A stretch of DNA of 63,739 bases from Gekko japonicus. Lineage: Eukaryota. The position numbers were made by a program, and so were the translations under genes. Below the pieces are notes generated by a model. It saw only the letters and a list, made by a program, of their open reading frames with translations. It was not told the origin of the DNA and searched no databases. This document shows positions 1 through 12,076 of this stretch, in pieces; the stretch's first letter is position 1, and each line of letters starts with the position of its first letter. The stretch lies in contig NW_015168098.1 of NCBI RefSeq assembly GCF_001447785.1, positions 62,001 to 125,739 on the forward strand, read 5' to 3'.

Positions 1-1596
1 GTTTGCCTAGATATGTTTCTGGATTTTAAGTAGGCAACAGACAGATTAGGGTTGTACAGAGGGTTTGTTGTTGTAGTAGATTGAAAAAGAGATGCTGGAA
101 CTCTCAAGATGGAAATAAAGTTTTCAATCCGTATACTGAAAACTCACAAACTTTTAAACATTTTAAAAAAAAATTGTTGAAGAGGTTCTGGAATTTTGTT
201 CCGGCATGTTCCCCCAGAAAAAAAAAGTCCTGGTGGAGCCCAAGATGGGCAAACCTATTTGGCTTGCTTGGTCAAATAATAGATAAGATTGATCTGGAAC
301 TCTCTGTCTATGCAGATCTCCACCCTCAAAAGAAACATTTTTAAAATTTATTTATTTCAGTATATTCCTTTAAAATATGGACTATCTGCCATTCTACCTT
401 ATAAGAACTCAAGGCTGCTTACAATGTAAATATCAATAAAATATAATAAGATGCATTATATATGTGTTATGAATTAAATATGTCAATGAATTAAAACCAT
501 AGTTTAAAATGGACAATAGGCAGAAGAATTAATCAAAATCTGTTATGAATAATCAGTCTCCAAGTGCCTTCTAAAGATCAAGAGTGAAGGGACCAGGCAC
601 ACCTCCTTGGCTAGGTTGTTCCATAACCATGGGGCTGCCACTGAACAGCCCTCTCTCGTGAACCCATCGGACAAACATGAGGATCAATAAGACAGTCAAC
701 AGGGCCACTCCCTGTGAATTCAATTCTTTGGCAGGAATGTATGGAAGAAGATAACCCAATCACAAGCCATATAGAAATGCTAAGAAAGCAAGAAAAAAAG
801 TCACATAGACAGCTAGTGGTCTTTTAAGAGACAATATTTGTGGATAGCTGAAGCTTCACTGGGCCAGAACTTTTCTTATTTAAACAGTAGATGTTTGGCA
901 GGGGAAATGAATCCCAGATGGCATTCACAGGACCTCAGCTGTTTATCCCAATGCAGAATCCCCTCTAGAGACTTACTTGTGCCCAGACTCCAGACACTGA
1001 ATTGTGAAATACCCTACATGCAGTTGTGAAATGCCCCAAGCAGCCTACTCCTTTCATTTATGACACTTTCTAGTACAACCAAAGAATCACTAGTCTCTTT
1101 GGTGCCTGAAAAAACTTCCATTCTTTACTAGCAGTGTGCAAGACATAAAACTGAAAAAAAATAAAAGAAAAATCCTTTATTGGGGATTGAAGGAACTCAG
1201 GACACAATGTGGGATTGTTACCTACATTCTAAAGGCTGTTGATGAATGGAAGTAAAAAATCAAAGCAGTGATAATTACGGATCATGTATTTTTTTTAACT
1301 TCATTCTTTGGATCTGCAATAATCTTGTGGACTGTATTTAGCTATCACAAAAATCTCAGATAATATGCATCATGATTTAACTCTACAAAATGTGACACAA
1401 GTGGTGCCTCCATACTCTTATTTCTTATCTGGGACTTATGTTCCAAGATGCTTGTTTTTATGCAGCATCTAGTGACCCTGACATATATTAAACCACAGGA
1501 CACACTATTAAATAAATTACATTTTCATGCTGCAGTTAGCAAATGTACATAATGTACAGTACAGTGCAGCCACCATGCTCAGGTGTAAACCATGCT

Positions 1597-2143
1597 GAGC
1601 CAGTTTGGTGTAATGGGTACGAGTGTGGACTCTAATCAGGGAGAACCCGGTTTCATCACCCACTCCTTCATATGCAGCTGTTGGTGTGACCTTGGGTCAG
1701 TCATTAATTTTTTCAAGATGTTCTCTCAACGGCAATTCTTGAAAGTGCTCTCTGCCCCACCTACCTCAAAGGGTGTCTGTTGCGGGGTGGAAGAAAAAGG
1801 AAAGGGATTGTAAGCTGCTCCAAGACTCTTTTGGCTTATGAAGGGCAAGGTATAAATCCAATATTTTCTTCTTGTTGTTTGGTGTAGTGGTTAAGTGTGC
1901 GGACGCTAATCTGGGAGAACCAGGTTTGATTCCTTACTCCTTCACTTGCAGCTGCTGGATGACCTTGGGCAAGCCATAGTTCTGTCAGAGCTGTTCCCTC
2001 AAGGACAGTTATCTCAGAGCTCTCTCAGCCCCACCTACCTCACAGGGTGTCTGTTGTGGGGGAGGGGGAGGGAAAGGAGTTTGTAAGCCACTCTGAGACT
2101 CCGAGTGAAGGGTGGGGTATAAATCCAATCACTTCTCTTCTTG
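1597..2143 (+). mobile_element. Two tandem Squam3-like tRNA-derived SINEs (1597-1875, 1877-2143)
   Basis: gccagtttggtgtagtggttaag head, cccacctacctcacagggtgtctgttgtgggg core, CTT-rich tail. Confidence 0.88.
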
Positions 2144-2146
2144 TTG

Positions 2147-3440
2147 TAATCCCAATGCCAAAGGGCAAGCAACACATCTACCACACTTATAATGCCCCAC
2201 TGGATCCTGCCTATCCCTAACCTTATGGGTAATGTCAGAATGTACCACTATATCTCTAATGTTTTTAGTTCTCCTAAAGCCTACAAAAGGAGGAACATCA
2301 CATCTTGGAATCTCTTCTAAGAAGCCNNNNNNNNNNNNNNNNNNNNNNNNNNNNNNNNNNNNNNNNNNNNNNNNNNNNNNNNNNNNNNNNNNNNNNNNNN
2401 NNNNNNNNNNNNNNNNNNNNNNNNNNNNNNNNNNNNNNNNNNNNNNNNNNNNNNNNNNNNNNNNNNNNNNNNNNNNNNNNNNNNNNNNNNNNNNNNNNNN
2501 NNNNNNNNNNNNNNNNNNNNNNNNNNNNNNNNNNNNNNNNNNNNNNNNNNNNNNNNNNNNNNNNNNNNNNNNNNNNNNNNNNNNNNNNNNNNNNNNNNNN
2601 NNNNNNNNNNNNNNNNNNNNNNNNNNNNNNNNNNNNNNNNNNNNNNNNNNNNNNNNNNNNNNNNNNNNNNNNNNNNNNNNNNNNNNNNNNNNNNNNNNNN
2701 NNNNNNNNNNNNNNNNNNNNNNNNNNNNNNNNNNNNNNNNNNNNNNNNNNNNNNNNNNNNNNNNNNNNNNNNNNNNNNNNNNNNNNNNNNNNNNNNNNNN
2801 NNNNNNNNNNNNNNNNNNNNNNNNNNNNNNNNNNNNNNNNNNNNNNNNNNNNNNNNNNNNNNNNNNNNNNNNNNNNNNNNNNNNNNNNNNNNNNNNNNNN
2901 NNNNNNNNNNNNNNNNNNNNNNNNNNNNNNNNNNNNNNNNNNNNNNNNNNNNNNNNNNNNNNNNNNNNNNNNNNNNNNNNNNNNNNNNNNNNNNNNNNNN
3001 NNNNNNNNNNNNNNNNNNNNNNNNNNNNNNNNNNNNNNNNNNNNNNNNNNNNNNNNNNNNNNNNNNNNNNNNNNNNNNNNNNNNNNNNNNNGGGGGGGGA
3101 GACTAATATTCCTATGGACAAAATTCATCCACCTACAAAAATCCTCAACCTGTTTTCTACTCCTAAAGACAATAAAAACACCATCAATTATCTCTTGTAG
3201 ATAAGTATTTCTTCATGAAAGGGGATATGAACTGGATGAAAGATGATCTCTTTCTTAAGTGAAGACAGATATAATGGAAGTAATGGCTATGGAGCAGTCA
3301 CTTAAGGATTCTTGTTCAGGGAATGTATTTGACAATCATATGGAGATTAGTGTTAGGAATTTTGAATGTAAAGTTAAGGAGCTGAAAAAATTTAATTGTG
3401 ACCTTAGAGATTATGCGCAGGGCAAGGTGTACAATTGGTA
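2147..3440 (-). mobile_element. Penelope-like (Neptune-type) retroelement spanning the assembly gap, with an inverted N-terminal segment (3240-3440, plus strand)
   Basis: Left of gap FRRTKNIRDIVV..GHYKCGRCVAC (RT-GIY linker); right of gap frameshifted YKR.IDGVFIVF (YIDD region); plus-strand KKFNCDLRDYAQGKVYNW. Confidence 0.75.
2327..3091. other. Assembly gap (others at 12648-12698, 47441-47623, 50203-50229)
   Basis: Runs of N. Confidence 1.
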
Positions 3441-4113
3441 GTCAGCTTCTACAGCCTCTTTGGCCTGGAAGAGGTGCTGCAAATCACCTGGATCAGCAAA
3501 GGAGGGATGAGAGTGGACGCACTGCTGCCTACAGTCCATCATTATAGGATGCAGCCCATCCCCCCCCCGGATGCATTGGTGATACAACTGGGCAAGAAAA
3601 ACCTGGAGGACTGCAAGGCTTAGGCAGAATTGTGGACACTATGGGTAGAGCTCCCACCCATGACCATCCTCTGGTCAGACTGGCTGGAGTGGCACTCATG
3701 GTGTGGGGCCAACTGCCATGAAAGGGTCAACAAGGCAAAGAGGAAAATGACCAACAGGCTGGGAAAGATCATGGAGGCCATGAGGGGAGGTGTCAGAGAA
3801 TTTGATATATGGACATCTCACACCAGTTGGAGGCCCTGTTTCGGGCTGACAGCATTCACTTGTCTCCATGGGGATGGACATCTGGCTACATGGGGATAGG
3901 TATGGTCTATGGACTTGGCTGCAGCTGTAGGTGTGTTGGGATCTGTTTTAGGGAAATGGCAGCTCTTGTGGTGGCAGCAGCATAGGGCTAGACTCATTTT
4001 AGGAAAACCATCCTGCATGCCCATTTTCCCTGCATTTGGGGATCCCCTTGAGGAATATTGGAGTGAGGGCTCTCAAGGGGCATGCCCAGCTTAGGGGCTG
4101 CCAAAGGGTTACC
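3441..4113 (+). mobile_element. Ngaro/DIRS tyrosine-recombinase retrotransposon fragment (SGNH-hydrolase ORF, decayed)
   Basis: WISKGGMRVDALLP..PPDALVIQLGKKNL..ILWSD..FRADSIHLS match SGNH blocks typical of vertebrate Ngaro elements. Confidence 0.7.
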
Positions 4114-5149
4114 GATGCAATTGTCCATGTCTGTAAAAAAAAAAGATGAAGAAGGACCATCACAGTAGTGGTTGACATGACATTGCATATGCACAGGTTT
4201 CATGACTGTATTTCATGTGAGAACAAAGTGGAACACATTATTCAAGTTTAATTTCTACTGCTGATGCTCATTTTTGTTGTAGTCCAAACCACTAGCTTAG
4301 TAGCTTACACTGATAACGATACATAGAATGGAATAGATCTTTGTTTTACTAGATAATATAGGATGTACCTTCAACCGTGGAAGAAATAAGAAATACTTTT
4401 AGTATATGAACAAATAAATGTGTGACTGATGGCCTATAGCAAAGTTTGTATATAGTGAGAAAATGTGATTTTTGGATATTCTCAGTAGACTGGGAAATGT
4501 TTAAACCATAGTTTAAAACTGACAATAGGCAGAAGTAGGGCTTTGACTTCTAATTCTTGCCTCCAAGCAACATTCAGGGTGAACATTGACACCCGAGAGT
4601 TCTCCCGCACTTCTTTTGTGAGTGGGATAAACACTTTACTCTCCCTCCTTTGTTTCTTCTTGTTTGCCTTACTCAAAGTTAAACCAGGACTTATAATTCC
4701 TTGATTCTCCCTTCCATCTCATGGAGTCTGATCAGCACCTGGTATTTTTGGCCACTGTGTGACAGAGTGTTGGACTGGATGGGCCATTGGCCTGATCCAA
4801 CTTTGGCTTCTGTTATGTTCTTATATTTTTATTAGCTTAGGAAATGAGATAACTATGGATTTGGCACGGAGTAAAAATGCAAGTGGAGGAGAAATTGTGA
4901 GATGCAGGTTTAAAGGCAGGGTGGAGTTCAGTTTTGTGACCGCTTTGTAACATTGATGGAAGTGCAGAACTGGAGCTTTTGTACCATCAATGAATCTATT
5001 CTAGTTTTTTGAGGAAGTCCTGGAAGGTGCTGATTTTGACTCTTCAAAGGCCCACTGTGATGTGATTTCTTAGACATTTTGCAAGGTTCGGCCATTTTCA
5101 TCCAGCAGGACTTCAAGATCATTTTTTACAAGTATGGATCAAGATGATG

Positions 5150-5284
5150 ATGAAGAAGAAGAGATTGGATTTATAATCCGGCCTTCACTACCTGAAGGAG
5201 TCTCTCTTGATAACTGCCCTTGAAAGAACAGCTCTGAAAAAAACTTATGACTGACCCAAGGTCACACCAGCAGCTGCATCTGGA
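5150..5284 (-). mobile_element. Partial, internally deleted Squam3-like SINE
   Basis: Matches the tail and middle of the other copies. Confidence 0.75.
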
Positions 5285-5805
5285 GATGCAATTGTCCATG
5301 TCTGTAAAAAAAAGATGAAGAAGGGGCTCTGATAGCTGTGGTCATGTATGATTACCCAGCTGGGTTGATGGAGTAGTTAACGTACCCATTATAAAGGAAC
5401 ATCTTGAAAAAAGCTATCCTGCAGTGTGCTTCCTGTATCCAAATGATCTGATCAACAGTTAGTCTTTGGCAAATACCCCCTTATGGGCAAATTTCTCAAG
5501 AAAGTGGTGGTTTTATACCCACACAACTTCTTGAATGTGATGCGTTACCATGATCCTTTTCTAACAAAGCTTTTACTAGGCTTTCAATATGAAAATACTT
5601 TTTGTCTCCCTGAGCTATGATCTCCACTGAAAGAGAGAGATGGGTGAAGGTGAACCAAAGCCGCCCTGACCCTGCTTTGTCAGCCAGGGTGGGGTATAAA
5701 TCTAATAAATAAGTAAACTGAACGAGTCTTCTTTTCATTCCATAAATTTTTTTATGAACAGATCATCTTAACTAATCCTGATTGGTGATGCATTGTGTCA
5801 CCTAC

Positions 5806-5932
5806 CCTTTTGGTTTGAAATCTCCATTTCTGGGCAAGGCACACAATCGTAGCAGCAAAATGCCTTTCCTTCTATCTTTTTCTTATGAGAGCCAGGGTTG
5901 CAGTAATCGTTGCACACAGAAAGGGGCACCAC
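5806..5932 (-). CDS. V2R-A exon 5
   Basis: [42 protein letters not shown]; 127 bp. Confidence 0.9.
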
Positions 5933-6139
5933 CTATTGAAAAAGTGGGAAGGAAGTTTAGGAAGGAAGACATTAGGTATTATTGTGCATCAGCAGAGTTG
6001 TGAAGAAACAAGTGTGCAGGATTGACCAATCGGGTGTGCATTATGAAATTCACAACCATACTAACGATTATCTATTGATTGTTCCATAAATATACCAGCT
6101 CAAAGGATGACATGTTGGCTGTGGCCTTTATGGACCTTA

Positions 6140-6513
6140 GGTCCCGGTCACAGAAGTTGCCATGGGATACTCACGGATGCTGGGCGGGTTTTACGAGCAT
6201 GATCAAATGGGCACATCTGGCAAGCGTCATGCACCCATAGCTAACCCGTCTCATCCGGTCAAAGATCCGGGGTTAAAAAGGTACCTGTGAAAGTCCACTA
6301 TCAAACACTTGTGATGGGCCACAGATGGACTTCCTCCATCTGATTGCTCCAGTGCGCTCCTCTTGCCGCATTGAAGCATGCCGGAAACACGCGCAGCCGG
6401 AAACAACCCCAGTCCGCTACTGCGGCATCGGATCAGGTAGTGGAGGATTAAATTGCAGTGGCACAAATAACTATGCCTCCTCCCTGTGTTATCTGGCCCA
6501 TGTGACCGGGGCC
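6140..6513. mobile_element. PIF/Harbinger-type MITE
   Basis: TIR ggtcccggtcaca / tgtgaccggggcc; TSD TTA. Confidence 0.8.
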
Positions 6514-6539
6514 TTAGACTACCCTCGACCCAGTATCTA

Positions 6540-7900
6540 GGCAGAGATTATGGGATAAACTGAAGAAATTGTCTATTGACAAATGTCTCCTATTTTGCGT
6601 CAACAATTATATTGTCAGTTTACAACTCAAATGAGATGTGGTCCATCTGGTGAACTAACTGGAGTATTGCTCCAAAGAGGGCCAAACTATTACTGCTTCT
6701 AAATCAAAGGTCCTTCTCTTTAGTAAAGAGAGAGAGACCGAGAGAGAGAGGTGGGCAGTTGCAGATCACCCTATGGAACAAATAGAGCAATTTAAGTATC
6801 CAGGGCTTATATTTCAAATGAATATTTGTTGGAAGGTGCATTTGACCTCTTATAAGAACAGCCATGCGTACTGGGAAGCCTATATTGAGATTTTATTATT
6901 CCTTTGGGGTTCAATATGTTCCTGCAGCAGTTAAATCATGTAATGCTAAAGTTATTGGGCAATTATTGTATTCTGCAGGGATTTGGATTAGTGTGGTGAC
7001 AGATAATATTGATGGACCATTGCTATGATTTTTATACAGTATCCCAGGAACTCTGAAATATGTGGCAGGAATAGCTTGGAGAACTGAGATTGGGGAGAAG
7101 TCTTTTGAAGCAAAGGCTTGGTGGAGAGCATTTAATCTGAAAAGTAGGATTTTGGAATCAAATCCAGAATCAAGTCCTCTTGGTTTAGGTATGCTAGATC
7201 ATCATCCAAGTGACTGGGTCGAATACTTGGAAATTAAATTATACATCTGGGCATTACCAATGATATGATAGAAACTATAAGTCGTTGTGAATTGAGTCAG
7301 TCAATTAAAAGACATTTGAGAGACCCTGATTATAAGAGAATGTTGGTTAGAGCACACAGAGTATGTTCTTCATTTTCAGTTGGTATTCTTCCCCCAATAA
7401 AAATGTGAAACTAACAGTTTGAATTGTCTCTTCCAAATTACAAGCATGGATGGCTTCAAGAGAGAATTAGATAAACATATGGAGCAGAGGTCCATCAGTG
7501 GCTATTAGCCACAAGGTATAGATAGGAACTCTCAGTCTGGGGCAAGGAATGTTCTGTATTCTTGGTGCTTGGGGGGGCAACAGTGGGAGGGCTTCTAGTG
7601 TCCTGGCCCCACTGATGGACCTCCTGATGGCACCTGGTATTTTTGGCCACTGTGTGACATAGTGTTGGACTGGATGGGCCATTGGCCTGATCCAACATTG
7701 GCTTCTCTTATGTTTTTATGTTCTTAAGTTATAGAAGGGCATTTATGCTTGTCCATTTGAACTCTGTGCCATCGGCATTTCTCTTAGGAAGACTTAATGG
7801 TATTTTGTACTCAAACTGTGGATGTGGTACTAACCAAATTGACTCTATAGGTCATATTCCTTTGGATTGCCCTGGTTTTTTTTCAGATTTGAAAGTTCTT
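6540..7900 (+). mobile_element. Old degraded non-LTR retrotransposon (RTE-X/CR1-like clade uncertain); related fragment at 23100-23420 (minus)
   Basis: LWDKLKK, EQFKY.G, C-terminal RRAFML..PSA..CGCG..H..LDC zinc-knuckle-like region. Confidence 0.5.
7440..7725 (+). mobile_element. CR1 LINE 3' end (shorter copies at 4735-4823 and 19960-20080)
   Basis: Closely similar to 45630-45872; ends in ttatgttcttatg-type repeats. Confidence 0.82.
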
Positions 7901-8209
7901 TCGAGGTTTAGTGACTAAGAGATGAAAATAAACAAATAACTTCTTGTGGCCAAATTGTTGGCCCCGTAGTAAAATTGCATTGTAATTGAGGATGCAAATC
8001 TTAGGTTTCCCTTTTAGTGTGTGATACTCAGTGTTAATGACTTTTGTAACAAAAAGAGTAATTAAGATAAAGATATTTGGCATTTTTAAGCTACATATCT
8101 CACTACTGTTTGAATGCAGTAAGCGAGATATAATAAAAATAATAAAAATAAGTTCCTGAACTAACCACATGAAAACTGGAGTTGCCTCTGAGAAGACCGA
8201 AATACATAC

Positions 8210-8437
8210 CTCTTCAAAAATTGTTTGCCACACTATCATTCTCTCATGGATGATAAATTTTTGTCTTTCAGCAGCACTGGCATCTACCCTTCCAATGTTC
8301 ACTCTCTGGAGGGACTTGTTTGGGAATGTGATTAGGTTCATTATATCAAATCCACCTTCCATTTCCCATTTATCATTAAAAGACAATCTTTCTCCAGCTG
8401 AGTTGTTGAATGTAATGCCTTGAAGAAAGGAGTGGAC
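8210..8437 (-). CDS. V2R-A exon 4
   Basis: [26 protein letters not shown]; 228 bp; acceptor is AAG (TAG in paralogs). Confidence 0.9.
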
Positions 8438-8741
8438 CTTGTTGAAAGGGGACAACAAAACAACGTATTAAACTCTGGCTGTTGAGCTATACCAGTGTTA
8501 CACATTCATGTCAGTTCCGAGAGATCTAGACTGCTGATGGTTATTTTTCATGTGAAGGTCAATGTATCTTTCCCTCCATACTCCAATTATCACAAGAACA
8601 AACAAACAAAACAAAACAAAACAAAAATGCTGCCACAAAATCTTATCTTTATTACTGAACCAGTTGGGGAAAGCAGAATATTGTCTCATCTTATAATAAC
8701 ACAGTGATGGCAACAGAGAGATTTCTTTGGGTCAACCTTAC

Positions 8742-9605
8742 CTGCCAAGGCTGGAGATCTTGAAGTTCCATTATTTTACCACCACCACTTGCCCTGTGAC
8801 TGACTCTGGATGAGTATATGACATGAAGAGCATGTGCTATGGCATAGACTGCATTGTAGATGCTGTAGCTGTGACCAGTCATGCTCATTTCAAAAAGGGA
8901 CCCAGGAAGTCTCTCCAGCTTTTCCTTCAATGTACATGTTTCACTGCTGTCTATTGGGTTCTGGGGATTGGGATAGAAACAGTCAAAAGCTTGCTCCCAG
9001 AAGTCCTTGAGAAAACCATTTCCTTGCTTCTCATAATGCTTTATTTCTTGAAGGAAGTTCTGGAATCCATGAAGCTCATTTGAGTGAATTGTGAAGGAAA
9101 TGGCCCCATGGAAGAACTCAAAATCCCAGTCCCTCTGAAGGCTACTTAGTGCAAAATCAACTTGTGGTGTCATAATCCACACTTTTCTCAATGATACGTC
9201 TTCCTTATAACTGGGATTGGTTAGAAGTATATAAGTGCTAAGTAATATGAGGACCATTGAATCTCCATAGAGAATAAATGTATTGGCTTGGCTGTCTCTA
9301 AATGGTAAATATGTATTTACAAGAAAATCATCGAGAAAATCAAAATCATTCCAACTGTTTTTGTTAGGAATGATCTGTGTCAAAGCCAAACAGATTCCAT
9401 TTTGAGAAAGCAGTTGCTCCAGGACTTTGAAGAAATGTTCTCCACTGGCATCATCCACCACAAAAAGCCCAACCCATGTCCATTGGAAATGGCGAAGTAA
9501 CTGGATGATCCCCATATTCTGATGGGCTTCATTTGGAACCATGCTGTAAAAGGAAGGGGACTGTCTTGCATTTCTCTTCTCTGTGGCAAATGAACCATAT
9601 GTCAG
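8742..9605 (-). CDS. V2R-A exon 3
   Basis: [24 protein letters not shown]; 864 bp, open. Confidence 0.94.
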
Positions 9606-9809
9606 CTAAAATGAAGTATACACATGTGTCAGAAATGTGTTACAAGTACCACTTGAGTACAAGTAACCACATGAATGTTTTGTGAAGGGGATTTAGATTT
9701 GGCAAGAGTTAAAATCAAAGACTCTTCTGGTCGATTTATCTCAGATTGTGGGTATATAGGACAACTCCTGTGGGTCTCCAAAAAGCATTGCACATTATCT
9801 ATGAATAGA

Positions 9810-10015
9810 TGGATTTCCCTTATACTGAGCCAGACACCCAACCATGTGTGGTATTGTGTACTCATATTCAAAGCAACTCTCCAGGCATTCCGACTGAGGT
9901 CCTTCACAGCAGCTGGATTTCCCTTATACTGAGCCAGACACCGAATCATGTGTGGTATTGTGTACTCATATTAAAAGCAACTCTCCAGGCATTCCGATTG
10001 AGGTCCTTCACAGCA
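9810..10015. repeat. 104-bp tandem duplication
   Basis: Copies start at 9810 and 9914, few mismatches. Confidence 0.9.
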
Positions 10016-10249
10016 CCTACTACTTGACCCCTTCAACCAGAGATGCCAGGGATTTATCCTGGGTGTTTTTGTTAGGAAAGCAGATGATATACCACTTAAC
10101 TCCAGCCCTTCTTGACTGTCTTATCATTGTTATTTTCCTCAGTTGTGTGAAGGAACTTTCCCCCCTATTTTTGCATTTGTGTGTCTGTGTTCATGCATGC
10201 TCATGCGCGCCATTTTTGCATTTGTGTGTGGGTGTGCATGCATGCTCAT

Positions 10250-10458
10250 GCGCGCCGTGCCTGGCAGTCATGGAGACCTCTGGTGAGTCCTACTGGGGCA
10301 TGGAGAATGTTCAGAAAAGTAACTTGATACCCTGCCTCTGACTCCTGTCCCCTGGTGTTCTTCAGAGGTCTCCCATCCAAATACCTGCCAGGGTCAGCCC
10401 TGCTTAGCTTCCAAGATCTGATGGGATCGGGCTTGCCTGGGCTATCCAGGTCAGGGTC
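10250..10458 (-). mobile_element. 5S-rRNA-derived SINE (others at 57715-57912 minus and 62495-62550 plus, partial)
   Basis: gcccgatc..gatcttggaagctaagcaggg..ttggatgggagacc resembles the 5S internal A/C boxes, with non-5S 5' and 3' parts. Confidence 0.78.
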
Positions 10459-10540
10459 TGAAGGAGCTTTCTTTCTTTTTAATTGGTTCTTTTCAGACAT
10501 TCACATCTCTCCATCTCTCTTAACCCCAGCAAAACTCCCA

Positions 10541-10820
10541 GAAAAGAAGAAGAAGAGAAGAAGGGATTGGATTTATACCCCACCCTTCACTTGGAGTCTC
10601 AGAGTGGCTTACAAACTTCTTTCCTTTCCCCTCCCCACAACAGACACCCTGTGAGGTAGGTGGGGCTGAGAGATCTCTTTCAAGAACTGCCCTTTCAAGG
10701 ACAGCTCTTGTCAGAACTATGGGTTGCCCAAGGTCATCCAGCAGGTGCAAGTGGAGGAGTGGGTAATCAAACCCAGTTCTCCCAAATTAGAGTCTGCGCC
10801 CTTAACCACAACACCAAACT
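10541..10820 (-). mobile_element. Squam3-like SINE
   Basis: Full copy, same consensus. Confidence 0.9.
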
Positions 10821-10863
10821 AGATGAAGTTTGTTAAATTACTTCTTCTAATCACAAATATTAC

Positions 10864-11155
10864 CTGTGGAATCTTGTAGAGACTTAGGATATCGGACATG
10901 AGAAAAGAGATATCAGAACTCATTCCCCCAATGACGGCCATCAGGGTTTTATGGGCATCACATTCATAGTTAGGAAAATATTGATGTGATTTATAGAGCA
11001 GATCAAGAGTGGTGCGAAAGGTCATCCTCATATCATAGTAGCTGTCACAGATGTGGAACCCGACAGTGACATTCGGCAAGATTCTGGGATTTTTGTTGAT
11101 CTCATTTACAGCAAATGCCAAGGCCAGGACGTGCTGGTGGAACTTGGTCACCATA
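10864..11155 (-). CDS. V2R-A exon 2
   Basis: MVTKFHQHVLALAFAVNEINKNPRILPNVTVGF..KIPQ; 292 bp. Confidence 0.92.
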
Positions 11156-11626
11156 CTGTAGACAGAGATACGGAGATATGGAGACAAAGATACCAACAGA
11201 TAAATTGTTTGAGAGGTAGGCTTTTTTTATCATGACTTAGAACAGTAATTGTGAAGGAGTTTGAACATGTGTGTGTTTGTCCGTGTCTATGACTATGCAC
11301 ATGTCTGAACACTAAAAGATCATGCAGCACACAGCCTCATATTTCAAAAATGGCACTTACTCTTATGTATCATAGCTTCGCTGTTTTCTTACTCTATCAT
11401 GGGCCAAGAGAATAAAGGAAAGCCTACACAAGACAATGCAAAACGTAGAGGTGAGCAAGAGTTACTGAGGCAGTCACTTAAGTAAGCACTATATTCTCTT
11501 TTGCCCACTGTACCCCAGTCCAAGGGCTAACTTTTTAGCAGGTATTTTATCTGGTTTAGTGTATACATAGTTGAGGATCAAATCTCCTTTTTGCTATCTG
11601 ACATTGATGCATATGTTTCTTACAAA

Positions 11627-12076
11627 GGCCCTGGTCACACGGGAGGTTTTGCCCTGCAAGTGGGACAGATGGGTGGGTGCATCAAATGGGCGTGATCACA
11701 CCGCAACATCTGGGAAGCGGAGCGCACCCGTCCCCAATCCGTCCTTTCTGGACGAAACTGTGCATAAAAAAAAAACTAGAAAACAGTACTACCTACCTGA
11801 AACTCCGCAGTGACGGCGGCCATGGGATCACTGGCGCGCCCATCTCTCACAGCATTTGAGGCTCCCGGCCAAAACTTTGCATGCACGCCCATGCGCAGCC
11901 GGCTGCCTTGCTCTCCGTTCCGTGGCTCCCCCCCCCAAGGCATCTGATCATGCCAGGGAGCAACTGCGTGGCCGCTCGGGGGATCTGTCTGATCCTGCCG
12001 CCGCATGTCTCTTTTGGTGCAGCTCAAAAAAGCTGCACTTTGGCCGTGCCTCCCCCCCTCCTGTGTGACAGGGGCC
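11627..12076. mobile_element. PIF/Harbinger-type MITE
   Basis: TIR ggccctggtcacacgggagg / cctcctgtgtgacaggggcc; flanked by AAA. Confidence 0.75.

Noticed and set aside
1597-1670. tRNA-like sequences at SINE heads
   Set aside because: Each is fused to a repeated SINE body and tail; they are not tRNA genes.
2129-3204. Long ORFs of 276-330 aa (and similar at 47100-47727)
   Set aside because: Artefacts of translating through N gaps; only the flanks carry real (Penelope or SINE) sequence.
9810-10255. CRISPR-like or functional repeat array
   Set aside because: Simple two-copy tandem duplications (104 bp and about 45 bp) in a vertebrate intron, with no spacers.
10360-10435. 5S rRNA gene
   Set aside because: Diverged, lacks the 5S 5' and 3' ends, and is embedded in a dispersed SINE.
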